Below, piece after piece: positions 30,189 through 39,313 of a stretch of 64,000 nucleotides of DNA. The stretch lies in IMG/VR virus record IMGVR_UViG_3300044797_000098, positions 62,001-126,000 of that record; one strand, 5' to 3'. The first letter of the stretch is position 1; every line of letters starts with the position of its first letter. A program made the position numbers and the translations under genes. The notes under the pieces are model-generated. The model saw only the letters and a list, made by a program, of their open reading frames with translations. It was not told the DNA's origin and did no database searches.

Positions 30189-30922
30189 TGTTTTTGTGTT
30201 TTTCTAAAATCTTCTGAAAGAATGGGTATAATCTTTACCCTATTAAATAGTGACTCAATGCTTGTTTTTATACTACCGGTGAATGCATTAATTGGGTTGG
30301 GGCTATTACTGGCGAATAATGTTGGAATCTTATTCTGCGTTCTTGTTCTAAATAAATGCTCCGCTGTTCGCCCAAAAAGATCTGCTCCGCCATCACTTAC
30401 ATAGCGTGAGTCAAACTCATCAACTACAAGCCAATCTACCATTGCAAGCTCTCTCTGCGAAAAATACTTATCATAACTTGGTGAATTAATCAATACATTT
30501 ATCATATCGCTCAACGTGGTATATAAGCAACTGTAGTTTTTCTGGCAGGCAATCTTAAGAATACTTGTAAGAACAAAACTTTTTCCAATTCCGTGCGAAC
30601 CCGCCAGACAAATTGACATACCGCTATCATACATCTTTGGAAGATTTCCAACAACCTGATCATATGTCTTTTTTAATTCTTTACTGCCAGTAAAACTACT
30701 CATTTCAAGATCCCAAAACTCTATTGGGATGTTAGCTTCGGCATATCTATTATAAGCAATCAACATAATACTACAACGTTCACACAACCCGTCATATGCC
30801 TGCTCTATTCGTGTTATGTTCTTTTTAGAACAAGTCTCGCAACCTTGAACCAATGACAATATTTTTCCTTCTACCTTGCGCTGTGGTAGGTTATTTAATG
30901 CTGTCGATCTAATTATACTCAT
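30185..30922 (-). CDS. DnaC/IstB-like helicase loader ATPase
   Basis: N-terminal C..C/C..C, ANIP, Walker A GSHGIGKS, Walker B LVVDEFD, R......T..ASN. Confidence 0.85.
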   Translation of the reverse strand: MSIIRSTALNNLPQRKVEGKILSLVQGCETCSKKNITRIEQAYDGLCERCSIMLIAYNRYAEANIPIEFWDLEMSSFTGSKELKKTYDQVVGNLPKMYDSGMSICLAGSHGIGKSFVLTSILKIACQKNYSCLYTTLSDMINVLINSPSYDKYFSQRELAMVDWLVVDEFDSRYVSDGGADLFGRTAEHLFRTRTQNKIPTLFASNSPNPINAFTGSIKTSIESLFNRVKIIPILSEDFRKTQKQ

Positions 30923-31306
30923 TTATTTCTTTTTTACTCCAAATAACATTGATAGCGATGAACCATAACTTGTTGATACATTACCACTTGGCTCATGTGA
31001 TGTTAGTTTTTCTTTTATTTCTTCTAACTCTACCTTATTGAGTTCTGTTTTCAATTCAGCGAGCGTCTTAATGTCATTAAGAGACTTAATTGTTTTTTCA
31101 GCAACCTCGTTGTATTCTTCGTGAATATTTGTTTCGCTGAATGTAAAAAATAAGACATCGTCGAGTGTCTTTTGTATGACGGTTATTTTATTATTTGTTA
31201 GGGATTTTATGGCTGATTTAGTATCGCTCCAAGATATTACTTGCCCGCTGACTTGAACGCCGTGTCTAAAAAATATAGTAATTTGTGAGTTTATTGGAGG
31301 GATCAT
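30923..31306 (-). CDS. Hypothetical protein with Sm/Hfq-like N-terminal motif
   Basis: ITIFFRHGVQVSGQVISWSD resembles the Sm1 motif. Confidence 0.45.
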   Translation of the reverse strand: MIPPINSQITIFFRHGVQVSGQVISWSDTKSAIKSLTNNKITVIQKTLDDVLFFTFSETNIHEEYNEVAEKTIKSLNDIKTLAELKTELNKVELEEIKEKLTSHEPSGNVSTSYGSSLSMLFGVKKK

Positions 31307-31596
31307 ATTAATATCATATACTTTCTCATCTCATCTGCGTAATGCGGATAGTTATTAATAATATGTTGAAAACACACATCCCAATCATATAATATCTCTT
31401 GCGTTATAAACTTAATTACATTTGGAATGGGATTCATCCCCTTACTTTCATATGTTGCAATAAACTTATTCAAGTATCCTGTTGTATATGGAACCCCATG
31501 GTCTTGTAGCTCAATCACTTCAGTAAAATCTGTATCATATAATGTATGATGAATTGAGGGAAGTTTTAAAAAACTTAATTCGTCTTTTATAAACAT
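31303..31596 (-). CDS. Hypothetical protein
   Basis: 97 aa with a GAGGT RBS; ends EMRKYMILI. Confidence 0.65.
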   Translation of the reverse strand: MFIKDELSFLKLPSIHHTLYDTDFTEVIELQDHGVPYTTGYLNKFIATYESKGMNPIPNVIKFITQEILYDWDVCFQHIINNYPHYADEMRKYMILI

Positions 31597-31856
31597 TACC
31601 TCAACCTATTTGCTAAATCTTCTGCATACAACGCGAGCCACCCATTTGTATATAAACACTCGGATACTTGCGAGTCTTGAACTAATTTTTCAACAACTCC
31701 GGGCGGTAAGTGATCTCGCATCAATTCATATAGAAAACTAATCAATTTACTATCACGCTCTATATGACCGCTGGCTTCTCGTAATGTATTGATTTCTTGT
31801 TGTCTATCTATTTTCTTATCGGTTTCACTTGTCCAATGAGCTGGTATATTTGTCAT
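31596..31856 (-). CDS. Hypothetical protein
   Basis: The ATG of MTNIPAHW follows the upstream stop directly. Confidence 0.6.
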   Translation of the reverse strand: MTNIPAHWTSETDKKIDRQQEINTLREASGHIERDSKLISFLYELMRDHLPPGVVEKLVQDSQVSECLYTNGWLALYAEDLANRLR

Positions 31857-31857
31857 T

Positions 31858-32313
31858 TTATTTTCTATTACCAAAATAGCGGTATCCTTGTTTTTCCGCA
31901 ATCTCCACGCAATCATTTAATAAATAACTAAGTGGATTTTTAACTTGATCTGGATACTTACCCTCAAATCTAGAAAACGGCTTTGTTGTTAGTGTTTTGA
32001 ATTCATTATCGTAAGCACCCTCTTCTATTCCACAACATAGGCAAACTCTATATTCATTATGATGATCAGAATAATCATCAAGATATGATCCATTATATTG
32101 TGAGCGCCTACATACTGTATGAGTATGCTGACATTCTTTTCGTAATTGTTCTAATGCCTTGCTAGCTTCGGCTTTTAGAAATGCTTCTTCTTTTTTGGAA
32201 TCGGTTTCGTGTGCGAGTTTTATACAGGATATGTAGTCGTGTCGTAGGGTTGGTGCGTTGTTCATGCTAAGCGTTTTTTCTACATTCCTTAATATCTTGA
32301 TCTGTTCCACCAT
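31858..32313 (-). CDS. Hypothetical protein with C.H...C..C zinc motif
   Basis: CQH...RVCLCCGIEE; start uncertain. Confidence 0.6.
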   Translation of the reverse strand: MVEQIKILRNVEKTLSMNNAPTLRHDYISCIKLAHETDSKKEEAFLKAEASKALEQLRKECQHTHTVCRRSQYNGSYLDDYSDHHNEYRVCLCCGIEEGAYDNEFKTLTTKPFSRFEGKYPDQVKNPLSYLLNDCVEIAEKQGYRYFGNRK

Positions 32314-34192
32314 TTTCTTTTATTTTTCTTTTGAGTCTTTCAATATCTCTATTAATTTGATCTCTATCACTATTATGTAATTGTTCTGTAGTTCTGGCAG
32401 AATTAAATTTAGCAATTTTTTGGGCTGTAGCTAAATCAGCCGATACTCCGCTACCTATACCAATACCATATACATCTTTGGCTTCATTTTTTTTAGTAAG
32501 ACGATCTGCTTTTTTGTATTCTTTTATTAAATCTTTTTTGTATCTTTCAAGCATTATTGTGTTTTTGATATTCATTGTATTATCTTCCTTATAATTATAA
32601 AAACTATTTAATTTATTTATTTCTTCGTCTGATTTGTTGAACTTTCTACCTTTCATAGATCTTTGAACTAATTCATGCATATACTGAATAGCGTTTTTCT
32701 TTTTTTCTTCACTAACCCAAAATGGGTATGGAAGTTTTTCAAAATCTTTTGACTGTATATTACGAGTATGATTTAATACTTCTTTTAGAATACGAGTACA
32801 TAAACTAGTTAATGACCATCCAAGAATAAACCATAATTCATCCTGATCTACACCATCACGAAGAAACGCGCAAGGTGCCCCACTATCTAATATGTATCCA
32901 GCTGGTAGGTATCTCATATTTAATGATTGGGAAACCAGTTGCCACGATAGTCCTTCTTTTTCAAAGAACGGTTTTCCTCCAACACCATGAAGATACCAAT
33001 TACCATTCTTTTTAAATGTTAAAACCGCATCACCATTATTTTTCCAAAAAATAGCATTTTTTGGTTGTTCATACACTATATTTGATGAAGCCTTATTATA
33101 AAATTTATAATCAGGATGGGGAAGCCTGATAATTTTTTCTTTATTTAAAGGTATCATTTTAACATTACGTTTAGTTGCTCCAGACTTTTCTAATCTAGTT
33201 ATTTCCTCTATACGGTTTTTACTTAATTTGCCTAACCGTGCTCTAGATTTTTCATTAGCCATTGTAATAGGATCTTTAAAAAAATTAAAACTTAAATGTT
33301 CATGGATTTTACCATCATCAATTTCTCTTAAAAATAACTCATTACATCCTATGGTCATACCGCTTGATGCAACCATAAAATCACCTATTTTTTTATCAGA
33401 AAATAATGGAATAAATTCATTTGCAATTTGCCAAGATTTATTACCAGTTAAATCTATTACATTTCTATTTAACCGTTTATCATTAACAATGACGTGATTA
33501 CTTTTTTTATCTAATATAAAATCTATAATTACCATAGGCTGATTAGTTTCATCAGAAAATTCTTCTAATTTATCTATTTTTGTTTTACCACGATTTAAAA
33601 GAAATTCACGCAACCCCTTCATAGTCGGAATAGTTAAAAAACTATCACTGCAAATAAATTTTAGTTGACCTTTTTTTGCCAACATCTCTACGCAGGCTAC
33701 TATAAAAAAACTATATGTTTCTTTTTTTATTTTTAATCCATCACGATTTCCATATTTATTATCTAACTCATCCTGAATGGATGACTCTATCGTTCCGCCG
33801 AATGGCGGGTTTCCAACAATAAAATCAAATTTTTTATTATCAAATTTTGATTTAAAAAAATCATTACATATTATATTATGATTTTTTGGAAGTGCTCCAA
33901 ATATTTTTTCTAATTTCTCTAATGAGCTTTTATAAGCAACACTATCTAGCTCCACTGCAAATATATTTTTAGTTAATGTTTTAATGAGGCGTTCGTTTTT
34001 ATTACCAGTATGTAATTGCATAAAACGATTTACCAATGGTATTAAAAATGAACCATCTCCAGAACTAGGCTCTAATACAACCGACTTAGCTGTCAGCGGT
34101 AATGAGTCTACTATTTTAGATGCAGTTTCTTTTGGTGTAAAAAATTGCCCTAATTGACTTTGCTGATCACGATCCAATCTTGCTTTATTCAT
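32267..34192 (-). CDS. N6-adenine DNA methyltransferase (gamma class, TaqI/Eco57I-like) with a fused C-terminal extension
   Basis: LGQFFTP, motif I LEPSSGDGSF, motif IV IVGNPPF, then a target-recognition region. Confidence 0.88.
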   Translation of the reverse strand: MNKARLDRDQQSQLGQFFTPKETASKIVDSLPLTAKSVVLEPSSGDGSFLIPLVNRFMQLHTGNKNERLIKTLTKNIFAVELDSVAYKSSLEKLEKIFGALPKNHNIICNDFFKSKFDNKKFDFIVGNPPFGGTIESSIQDELDNKYGNRDGLKIKKETYSFFIVACVEMLAKKGQLKFICSDSFLTIPTMKGLREFLLNRGKTKIDKLEEFSDETNQPMVIIDFILDKKSNHVIVNDKRLNRNVIDLTGNKSWQIANEFIPLFSDKKIGDFMVASSGMTIGCNELFLREIDDGKIHEHLSFNFFKDPITMANEKSRARLGKLSKNRIEEITRLEKSGATKRNVKMIPLNKEKIIRLPHPDYKFYNKASSNIVYEQPKNAIFWKNNGDAVLTFKKNGNWYLHGVGGKPFFEKEGLSWQLVSQSLNMRYLPAGYILDSGAPCAFLRDGVDQDELWFILGWSLTSLCTRILKEVLNHTRNIQSKDFEKLPYPFWVSEEKKKNAIQYMHELVQRSMKGRKFNKSDEEINKLNSFYNYKEDNTMNIKNTIMLERYKKDLIKEYKKADRLTKKNEAKDVYGIGIGSGVSADLATAQKIAKFNSARTTEQLHNSDRDQINRDIERLKRKIKENGGTDQDIKECRKNA

Positions 34193-35057
34193 TATAATCC
34201 CTCAAATTAAATTTTGACTGATCTAATATACTATTTTCTTTATAGTTAGAAATATCAGTTTTAAACTGCTCTATTGTTTTAGTTCTATTTTCAATTAAAA
34301 TTTGTGTTTTTGATTCTATTAATTTATACAAATAATTTATTTTTTCATTCATTGTTTTTGATGATATCGGAAATATTTTATGCTTACTATTCATATACTC
34401 ATAAAATTTGCTATTATTTAGCATAAGTTGTCCGGGGCCAGCATCAAAAGATACAAAATCCATTATTAATAGATCTAATAAATCTGCTAAATAAATAGAA
34501 ACTGATACCCCAATATTATTGTAATATACAAAACTTTCAATTATAAGATAATATGAGTCAATTTGATTTTGTATCATTGCATTTAATAATTTTCTACCAG
34601 AAACTAAATTTGGTTGCCCTGTATGTTTTATTATCTTTGCGTTTTCTAATTTAATGTTTGCTATTTCAGTAAGTTTTGATTTTTCTTTTTCTGTTTTAGC
34701 TTTAAGTAAATCTTTTTCTAATTTTAGTTTTATTTTATCTGATTTTACCTGACATGAATCCTCTACGAAGTGAATTTTATTATTGGTCGGATTGTAAATA
34801 TTACAATTTAACGGTTTAATCCAAAAATCCCCCATGGAACGATCGCTTTCTTCGTCATCTTTTGTTTGCATTGCAATTTTATAGTTTAATTGCAACATAT
34901 TTGCGGTTTGTTCTTGTGCGTATGTTGCTAAACTATGACCACGTTCTTTTTTTGCACTATTTTTAATATAGTCTAGAAATTTTTTTTCTTTGCAATGATT
35001 GTCCCAATCATTCTGCAATAAAATTACTATATTTTCTAATATATCTAGATTAATCAT
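34185..35057 (-). CDS. Putative type II restriction endonuclease
   Basis: Overlaps the methyltransferase start; E....RSMGD.W......NP.N.K resembles a PD-(D/E)xK variant. Confidence 0.5.
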   Translation of the reverse strand: MINLDILENIVILLQNDWDNHCKEKKFLDYIKNSAKKERGHSLATYAQEQTANMLQLNYKIAMQTKDDEESDRSMGDFWIKPLNCNIYNPTNNKIHFVEDSCQVKSDKIKLKLEKDLLKAKTEKEKSKLTEIANIKLENAKIIKHTGQPNLVSGRKLLNAMIQNQIDSYYLIIESFVYYNNIGVSVSIYLADLLDLLIMDFVSFDAGPGQLMLNNSKFYEYMNSKHKIFPISSKTMNEKINYLYKLIESKTQILIENRTKTIEQFKTDISNYKENSILDQSKFNLRDYNE

Positions 35058-35099
35058 ATTGCCTTTATATTATTTAAAGTTATGCGTATAATATACAAA

Positions 35100-35681
35100 T
35101 TATTTCACCCTTTCCAATATTTTTAAATCCATTCCAGCCCCAACCAACGCATCCATCAATACCCTATATTCTTCACTCTCCCTAATAAATGCAAGCTCTC
35201 CATAATTATTAATTGGTGCATTGAATGATTTTATAATTGTCATATAATTTGGGGGAATGGGTGTTGAACGATCAACGCTCGCATTTGGTATGAGTTTTAG
35301 AAACTTATACTTATTAACATCTATCGGGTTTGCCAATATTGCAATGCTGGTAATTCTCTTTTGTTTTGCCACAATTATCGTTTGAAAGAACCAGTCTAAA
35401 TAATCTTTGAGGATTTGAGGATCGCTTGACAATTGTTGTGATATTTTTTTTATGTTTTGTATTTCCCAGCTTTTTGAAGGAGCCGTGTGATTGAACTTGA
35501 ATGTGTAATCAACGCCGTAATGGTTTTTGTATAATTTAACCCAATAAGCGATCACATGGACGGGACGCCAGTCTTTTGTTGGAAGGGTTTCAATTTCTGG
35601 GAATTGGCTGAACCATTTTTGGTAAGATTTACTAACCGCATCAGTTAATGATGGCTCAGTTTGTGTTTTATTTAGTTTCAT
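35100..35681 (-). CDS. Hypothetical phage protein
   Basis: 193-aa helical ORF in the replication region. Confidence 0.65.
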   Translation of the reverse strand: MKLNKTQTEPSLTDAVSKSYQKWFSQFPEIETLPTKDWRPVHVIAYWVKLYKNHYGVDYTFKFNHTAPSKSWEIQNIKKISQQLSSDPQILKDYLDWFFQTIIVAKQKRITSIAILANPIDVNKYKFLKLIPNASVDRSTPIPPNYMTIIKSFNAPINNYGELAFIRESEEYRVLMDALVGAGMDLKILERVK

Positions 35682-36574
35682 TTTTTCTCATGTCGTGTTT
35701 TATCTCTGCCATCTTCCCAATTTTTCTTTGCTGAGTACGGTCTTAGATTTTTTAATGACCAACATTTTAAAAAATTAGGATGATCATAACTATTGAATTT
35801 AAGATCCGATTGCGGTTTTATATGATCTAACTGCCAAGTCCAAGTAGAACTATCATTTTCATTCCAGGTTTTAGGATCATATTTTCCATGATTATTTAGG
35901 GTCATCCATACTTTACCATTATGGTCTAAGTTTTCTGACATACTAAATTGCTTTATTATATGTTCCCATAGCTGTTCTGGCGTCCAAGGAAATTTATCTT
36001 TGCAAGATATTTTATTCTTAGACAACCCTTGTTTTTTTAAAATCGAGCGTACTGCCGTAGAAATATCTTTCATACATTTCCACACTGGATCTGTTTTTCT
36101 TTTATTACTTTCATATTTATTTTTGGTCTTATTTATTTTATCTTTATTATTTTTTCTATAATTCTTTTGGTAATCCCATATTTCTTGTTTTTCTTCTTCG
36201 GAAAGAAGAAGATATTCTTTTCGCCATTTCTCGTTCAATCTATCACTGTTCTCTTCACGATATTTTTTATTATATTTTTTTATATTATCAGCGTTTTTCT
36301 TAGAATATTCCTTTTGGTATTCTAATACCTCATCTCTTTTTTCAGCATAACGAATTCTGGATTTTTTTACTAATCTTTCTTTATTATTTAAATAATATAG
36401 ACGGTGTAATTCTTTATGCTTTTCTTTTAATTTTTCTTTGTTATTTTCACTATATAATTTATTATATTGGCTAACACAGATCTTACACTTTGGAAACTTC
36501 TTTTTTAATTGACAATTAGTAAATTGATCTATAGTTTTTTCTTTTGAGCAAAATTTACAAAATATTTGTTCCAT
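35678..36574 (-). CDS. HNH-type (homing-like) endonuclease
   Basis: N-terminal C..C...C..C, K/E-rich helical repeats, WQLDHIKP...CWSL.NLRP....N. Confidence 0.75.
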   Translation of the reverse strand: MEQIFCKFCSKEKTIDQFTNCQLKKKFPKCKICVSQYNKLYSENNKEKLKEKHKELHRLYYLNNKERLVKKSRIRYAEKRDEVLEYQKEYSKKNADNIKKYNKKYREENSDRLNEKWRKEYLLLSEEEKQEIWDYQKNYRKNNKDKINKTKNKYESNKRKTDPVWKCMKDISTAVRSILKKQGLSKNKISCKDKFPWTPEQLWEHIIKQFSMSENLDHNGKVWMTLNNHGKYDPKTWNENDSSTWTWQLDHIKPQSDLKFNSYDHPNFLKCWSLKNLRPYSAKKNWEDGRDKTRHEKK

Positions 36575-36636
36575 AGCAAGTTCTCCGAATACAACTAAAT
36601 ATACGGATCATGTATAATTATCACAACCAAATCTAA

Positions 36637-38106
36637 TTATTTATCAATAAATTCTTTTGGCATTTTTATAACGAACTCTGGTTCGGTCTCATAAATACTT
36701 TTTCTAATTAGCGAATGTTTTTTCAGAAACTTTATGTCGTCCATCGTTTCGACTATTGCAACATAAGGCTTATTTTTACCATCCCTCAAAACTCTTCCGA
36801 TCCTTTGCAATGTTTTTACACTACTTTTACCTGACCCAGCTAATACCAACGCACTCAATGTTTTTACATCGATTCCAATGTCGTATATCATACTTGCCAC
36901 GATACATTTAGATTTACCGCTGAGCAGGTTTTCTTTCACCTGTGCTCGCTTCTTCGTTGTATCTTTACCATTGAGGAACTCGGTGTCAATACCTTTATTT
37001 TCAAATAATTTTAACAATGTTTTTCCGTGGGCCAGGACTTTGAAAAGAACTAAAACTTGATACCCTTTATTAATTAGTTTTTCTGCTTCTGACACGAGTA
37101 TATTATTTCTGTATTCATTATTTACTACATGATCACTATATACCGTTTGATATGGTGTATCATATTTAGCATAGCCTTTTATATACACGAACTTGATCAT
37201 TGGTTTTGCAAGGATACCCCGCTTAATTAATTCTGATGCTTTTACTTCGTGTATATTATTGCCCAGTATTCCCGTTAGTAATAAATCTGCGCCATCATCT
37301 CTTTTTGGTGTTCCACTATACGAAAACAATCTTTCTGGCTGTATAACTTTATATATACTTCTAATTGTTTTAGCCCCAGCGATATGGCATTCGTCTAAAT
37401 GAACTATCTTCGCATTTTTCATACAATCAATTATTTTTTTCGTATTACTCTCGTCGAACTTCTCATCCGAACTTATATCATCTAATAAAATATCTTTTGG
37501 TTTCAATCCTAATGCTTTACCCAATGTCCAGACTGATGCTATTGTTATATTACCTATTTGGCATATACCATCACCAACGATACCGATCTCTTGATCAAAT
37601 AGTAATGAAAAGAATGAATGAAATTGATGTAGCAACTCTTTGGAAATTACAAGCATCAATGTAGGCTTACCGAATTGTGCTGTTATCAATGCTGCCGTTA
37701 GACTCTTACCTGAACCCGTTGCGTGCTTATATATTGCACGATCTTTATCCAACGCATAATTTACTGCATCCAACTGATAGTCATATGGAACTAAATCTAA
37801 TTTTTTTAGATTATGAGATATATCTATACTTTTTGTTGGAATGATTGGTAATTTTTGATTTATGATTTCTAATTGTTTATTATTCTTTATATAAAAATCA
37901 TTTACATAATTAACTAATCCTGAATAGAACTCTTGTTTTTTATTGAGGAGATATTCTTTTCCATCCCAATGATGACGTTTAAATGCTGGACTGAACTCTG
38001 CTCCCTCATATTTAAACGATAGGTGATTATGTAATTGTTTTAGAAAAACTAAATCATCTTCTTCTATGATTTTAGAAAACTTCTCTTTGACTAGGAGCTT
38101 GGTCAT
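36637..38106 (-). CDS. Superfamily 2 helicase (UvsW-like)
   Basis: YQ, ATGSGKS, DECH, SGTP, GID, QRIGR. Confidence 0.9.
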   Translation of the reverse strand: MTKLLVKEKFSKIIEEDDLVFLKQLHNHLSFKYEGAEFSPAFKRHHWDGKEYLLNKKQEFYSGLVNYVNDFYIKNNKQLEIINQKLPIIPTKSIDISHNLKKLDLVPYDYQLDAVNYALDKDRAIYKHATGSGKSLTAALITAQFGKPTLMLVISKELLHQFHSFFSLLFDQEIGIVGDGICQIGNITIASVWTLGKALGLKPKDILLDDISSDEKFDESNTKKIIDCMKNAKIVHLDECHIAGAKTIRSIYKVIQPERLFSYSGTPKRDDGADLLLTGILGNNIHEVKASELIKRGILAKPMIKFVYIKGYAKYDTPYQTVYSDHVVNNEYRNNILVSEAEKLINKGYQVLVLFKVLAHGKTLLKLFENKGIDTEFLNGKDTTKKRAQVKENLLSGKSKCIVASMIYDIGIDVKTLSALVLAGSGKSSVKTLQRIGRVLRDGKNKPYVAIVETMDDIKFLKKHSLIRKSIYETEPEFVIKMPKEFIDK

Positions 38107-38316
38107 TTACCACTTCTCGTATCCTTCTGATATTCTCTTACTCAATTTCTTATTAAATTCAATTCTTTCTAATTCTTTTCGTCTTCGATTGCAAAAATCA
38201 CATTGACAATCGCATCCGTCTTTATGTTGTTCCCCACCAACACAATAATGCTGATTATCATTTTTCGATACTAATTTTTCATTAGGATTTACTTTTATTT
38301 TATATTTCTTGCTCAT
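38107..38316 (-). CDS. Small Cys-rich hypothetical protein
   Basis: H..GCDCQCDFC. Confidence 0.55.
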   Translation of the reverse strand: MSKKYKIKVNPNEKLVSKNDNQHYCVGGEQHKDGCDCQCDFCNRRRKELERIEFNKKLSKRISEGYEKW

Positions 38317-38329
38317 TTATGAAATTTAA

Positions 38330-38626
38330 TCAGATTTCTTTTTTATATATTTTCTTGAACTTAAACTTAGCAGCCCTAGCTTCACGCTCTATCCTATGTT
38401 CTTCCGTTTCTACTATTGGTTCAGGTGGCACATAAGGCTTTGTTTTATCGGTTAATGCATAATATATTGATATCGGTATGGTTATAGGAAAGAATAAAAC
38501 ATACAATCCTACTCCAACAAGCACTAATCTACCAAATGAACTATATAAATCATGTCTATCATCTACCCATTCCCACATTTTATCTATCGGATTTTTCATT
38601 TTTTGCCAATTTGATTTGTTTTTCAA
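38330..38626 (-). CDS. Small membrane protein
   Basis: Hydrophobic stretch LVLVGVGLYVLFFPITIPISIYYAL. Confidence 0.55.
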   Translation of the reverse strand: MKNKSNWQKMKNPIDKMWEWVDDRHDLYSSFGRLVLVGVGLYVLFFPITIPISIYYALTDKTKPYVPPEPIVETEEHRIEREARAAKFKFKKIYKKEI

Positions 38627-38894
38627 ATATCTTTTCTATTTCATCTAGTTCCGCTATAAAATAGGCAGAAAAATCTCCTGAATAACACTCTACTTCATAA
38701 ACTGGTTTATTTTTCTTTTGCGCAATTAATGCTAATCTAAATCCATTTTGTACTTCATTTTCAGCTCTAACTTTTCCAGATATGGTATAATGATCGGCTG
38801 ATTTAATCAATATGGTATCTATATAATCAAACTCATAATTATTATATAATAATTGCATTAAATTATTTAACTTTTTGGATCGTTTTATTTTCAT
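38580..38894 (-). CDS. Hypothetical protein
   Basis: 104 aa, ATGA-coupled to the upstream gene. Confidence 0.55.
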   Translation of the reverse strand: MKIKRSKKLNNLMQLLYNNYEFDYIDTILIKSADHYTISGKVRAENEVQNGFRLALIAQKKNKPVYEVECYSGDFSAYFIAELDEIEKIFEKQIKLAKNEKSDR

Positions 38895-39313
38895 TTCAAT
38901 ACCAACATAGCTTCTATTTTTTCAATGCTCTGTTTATCATCCCATCTATTATTAAACATTTTGACCAAATCTTCGCATCTCTTTCTTTGATCAATAAATG
39001 CCTCAATTATCCTCATTAGATCTTTCTTTTCTTTTGATTTTTTATCGTCATCTATTCTAATGGCGATATGACACTTTGGACAATTGAATACCTTTTCTGT
39101 TGGTGGGGATACGTAATTAACGCCAGAACTACCGCTAACTAAATACTGCCCCGATAGTGTTGGACTAGGGATATATCCTAATACCCCTACATGCGATTGA
39201 GCAGCTACCGAACTAAGTGGGCTATAAGCACCACGAGCACCACCAAGATCACCGCTATATTCTTTTGCTGATTCTGTTTCGATTAACTTATATGAACATT
39301 GAGGACAAAACAT
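38891..39313 (-). CDS. Zinc-ribbon protein with a low-complexity insert
   Basis: CPQC and CPKC are separated by a ~70-aa G/S-rich segment. Confidence 0.6.
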   Translation of the reverse strand: MFCPQCSYKLIETESAKEYSGDLGGARGAYSPLSSVAAQSHVGVLGYIPSPTLSGQYLVSGSSGVNYVSPPTEKVFNCPKCHIAIRIDDDKKSKEKKDLMRIIEAFIDQRKRCEDLVKMFNNRWDDKQSIEKIEAMLVLK

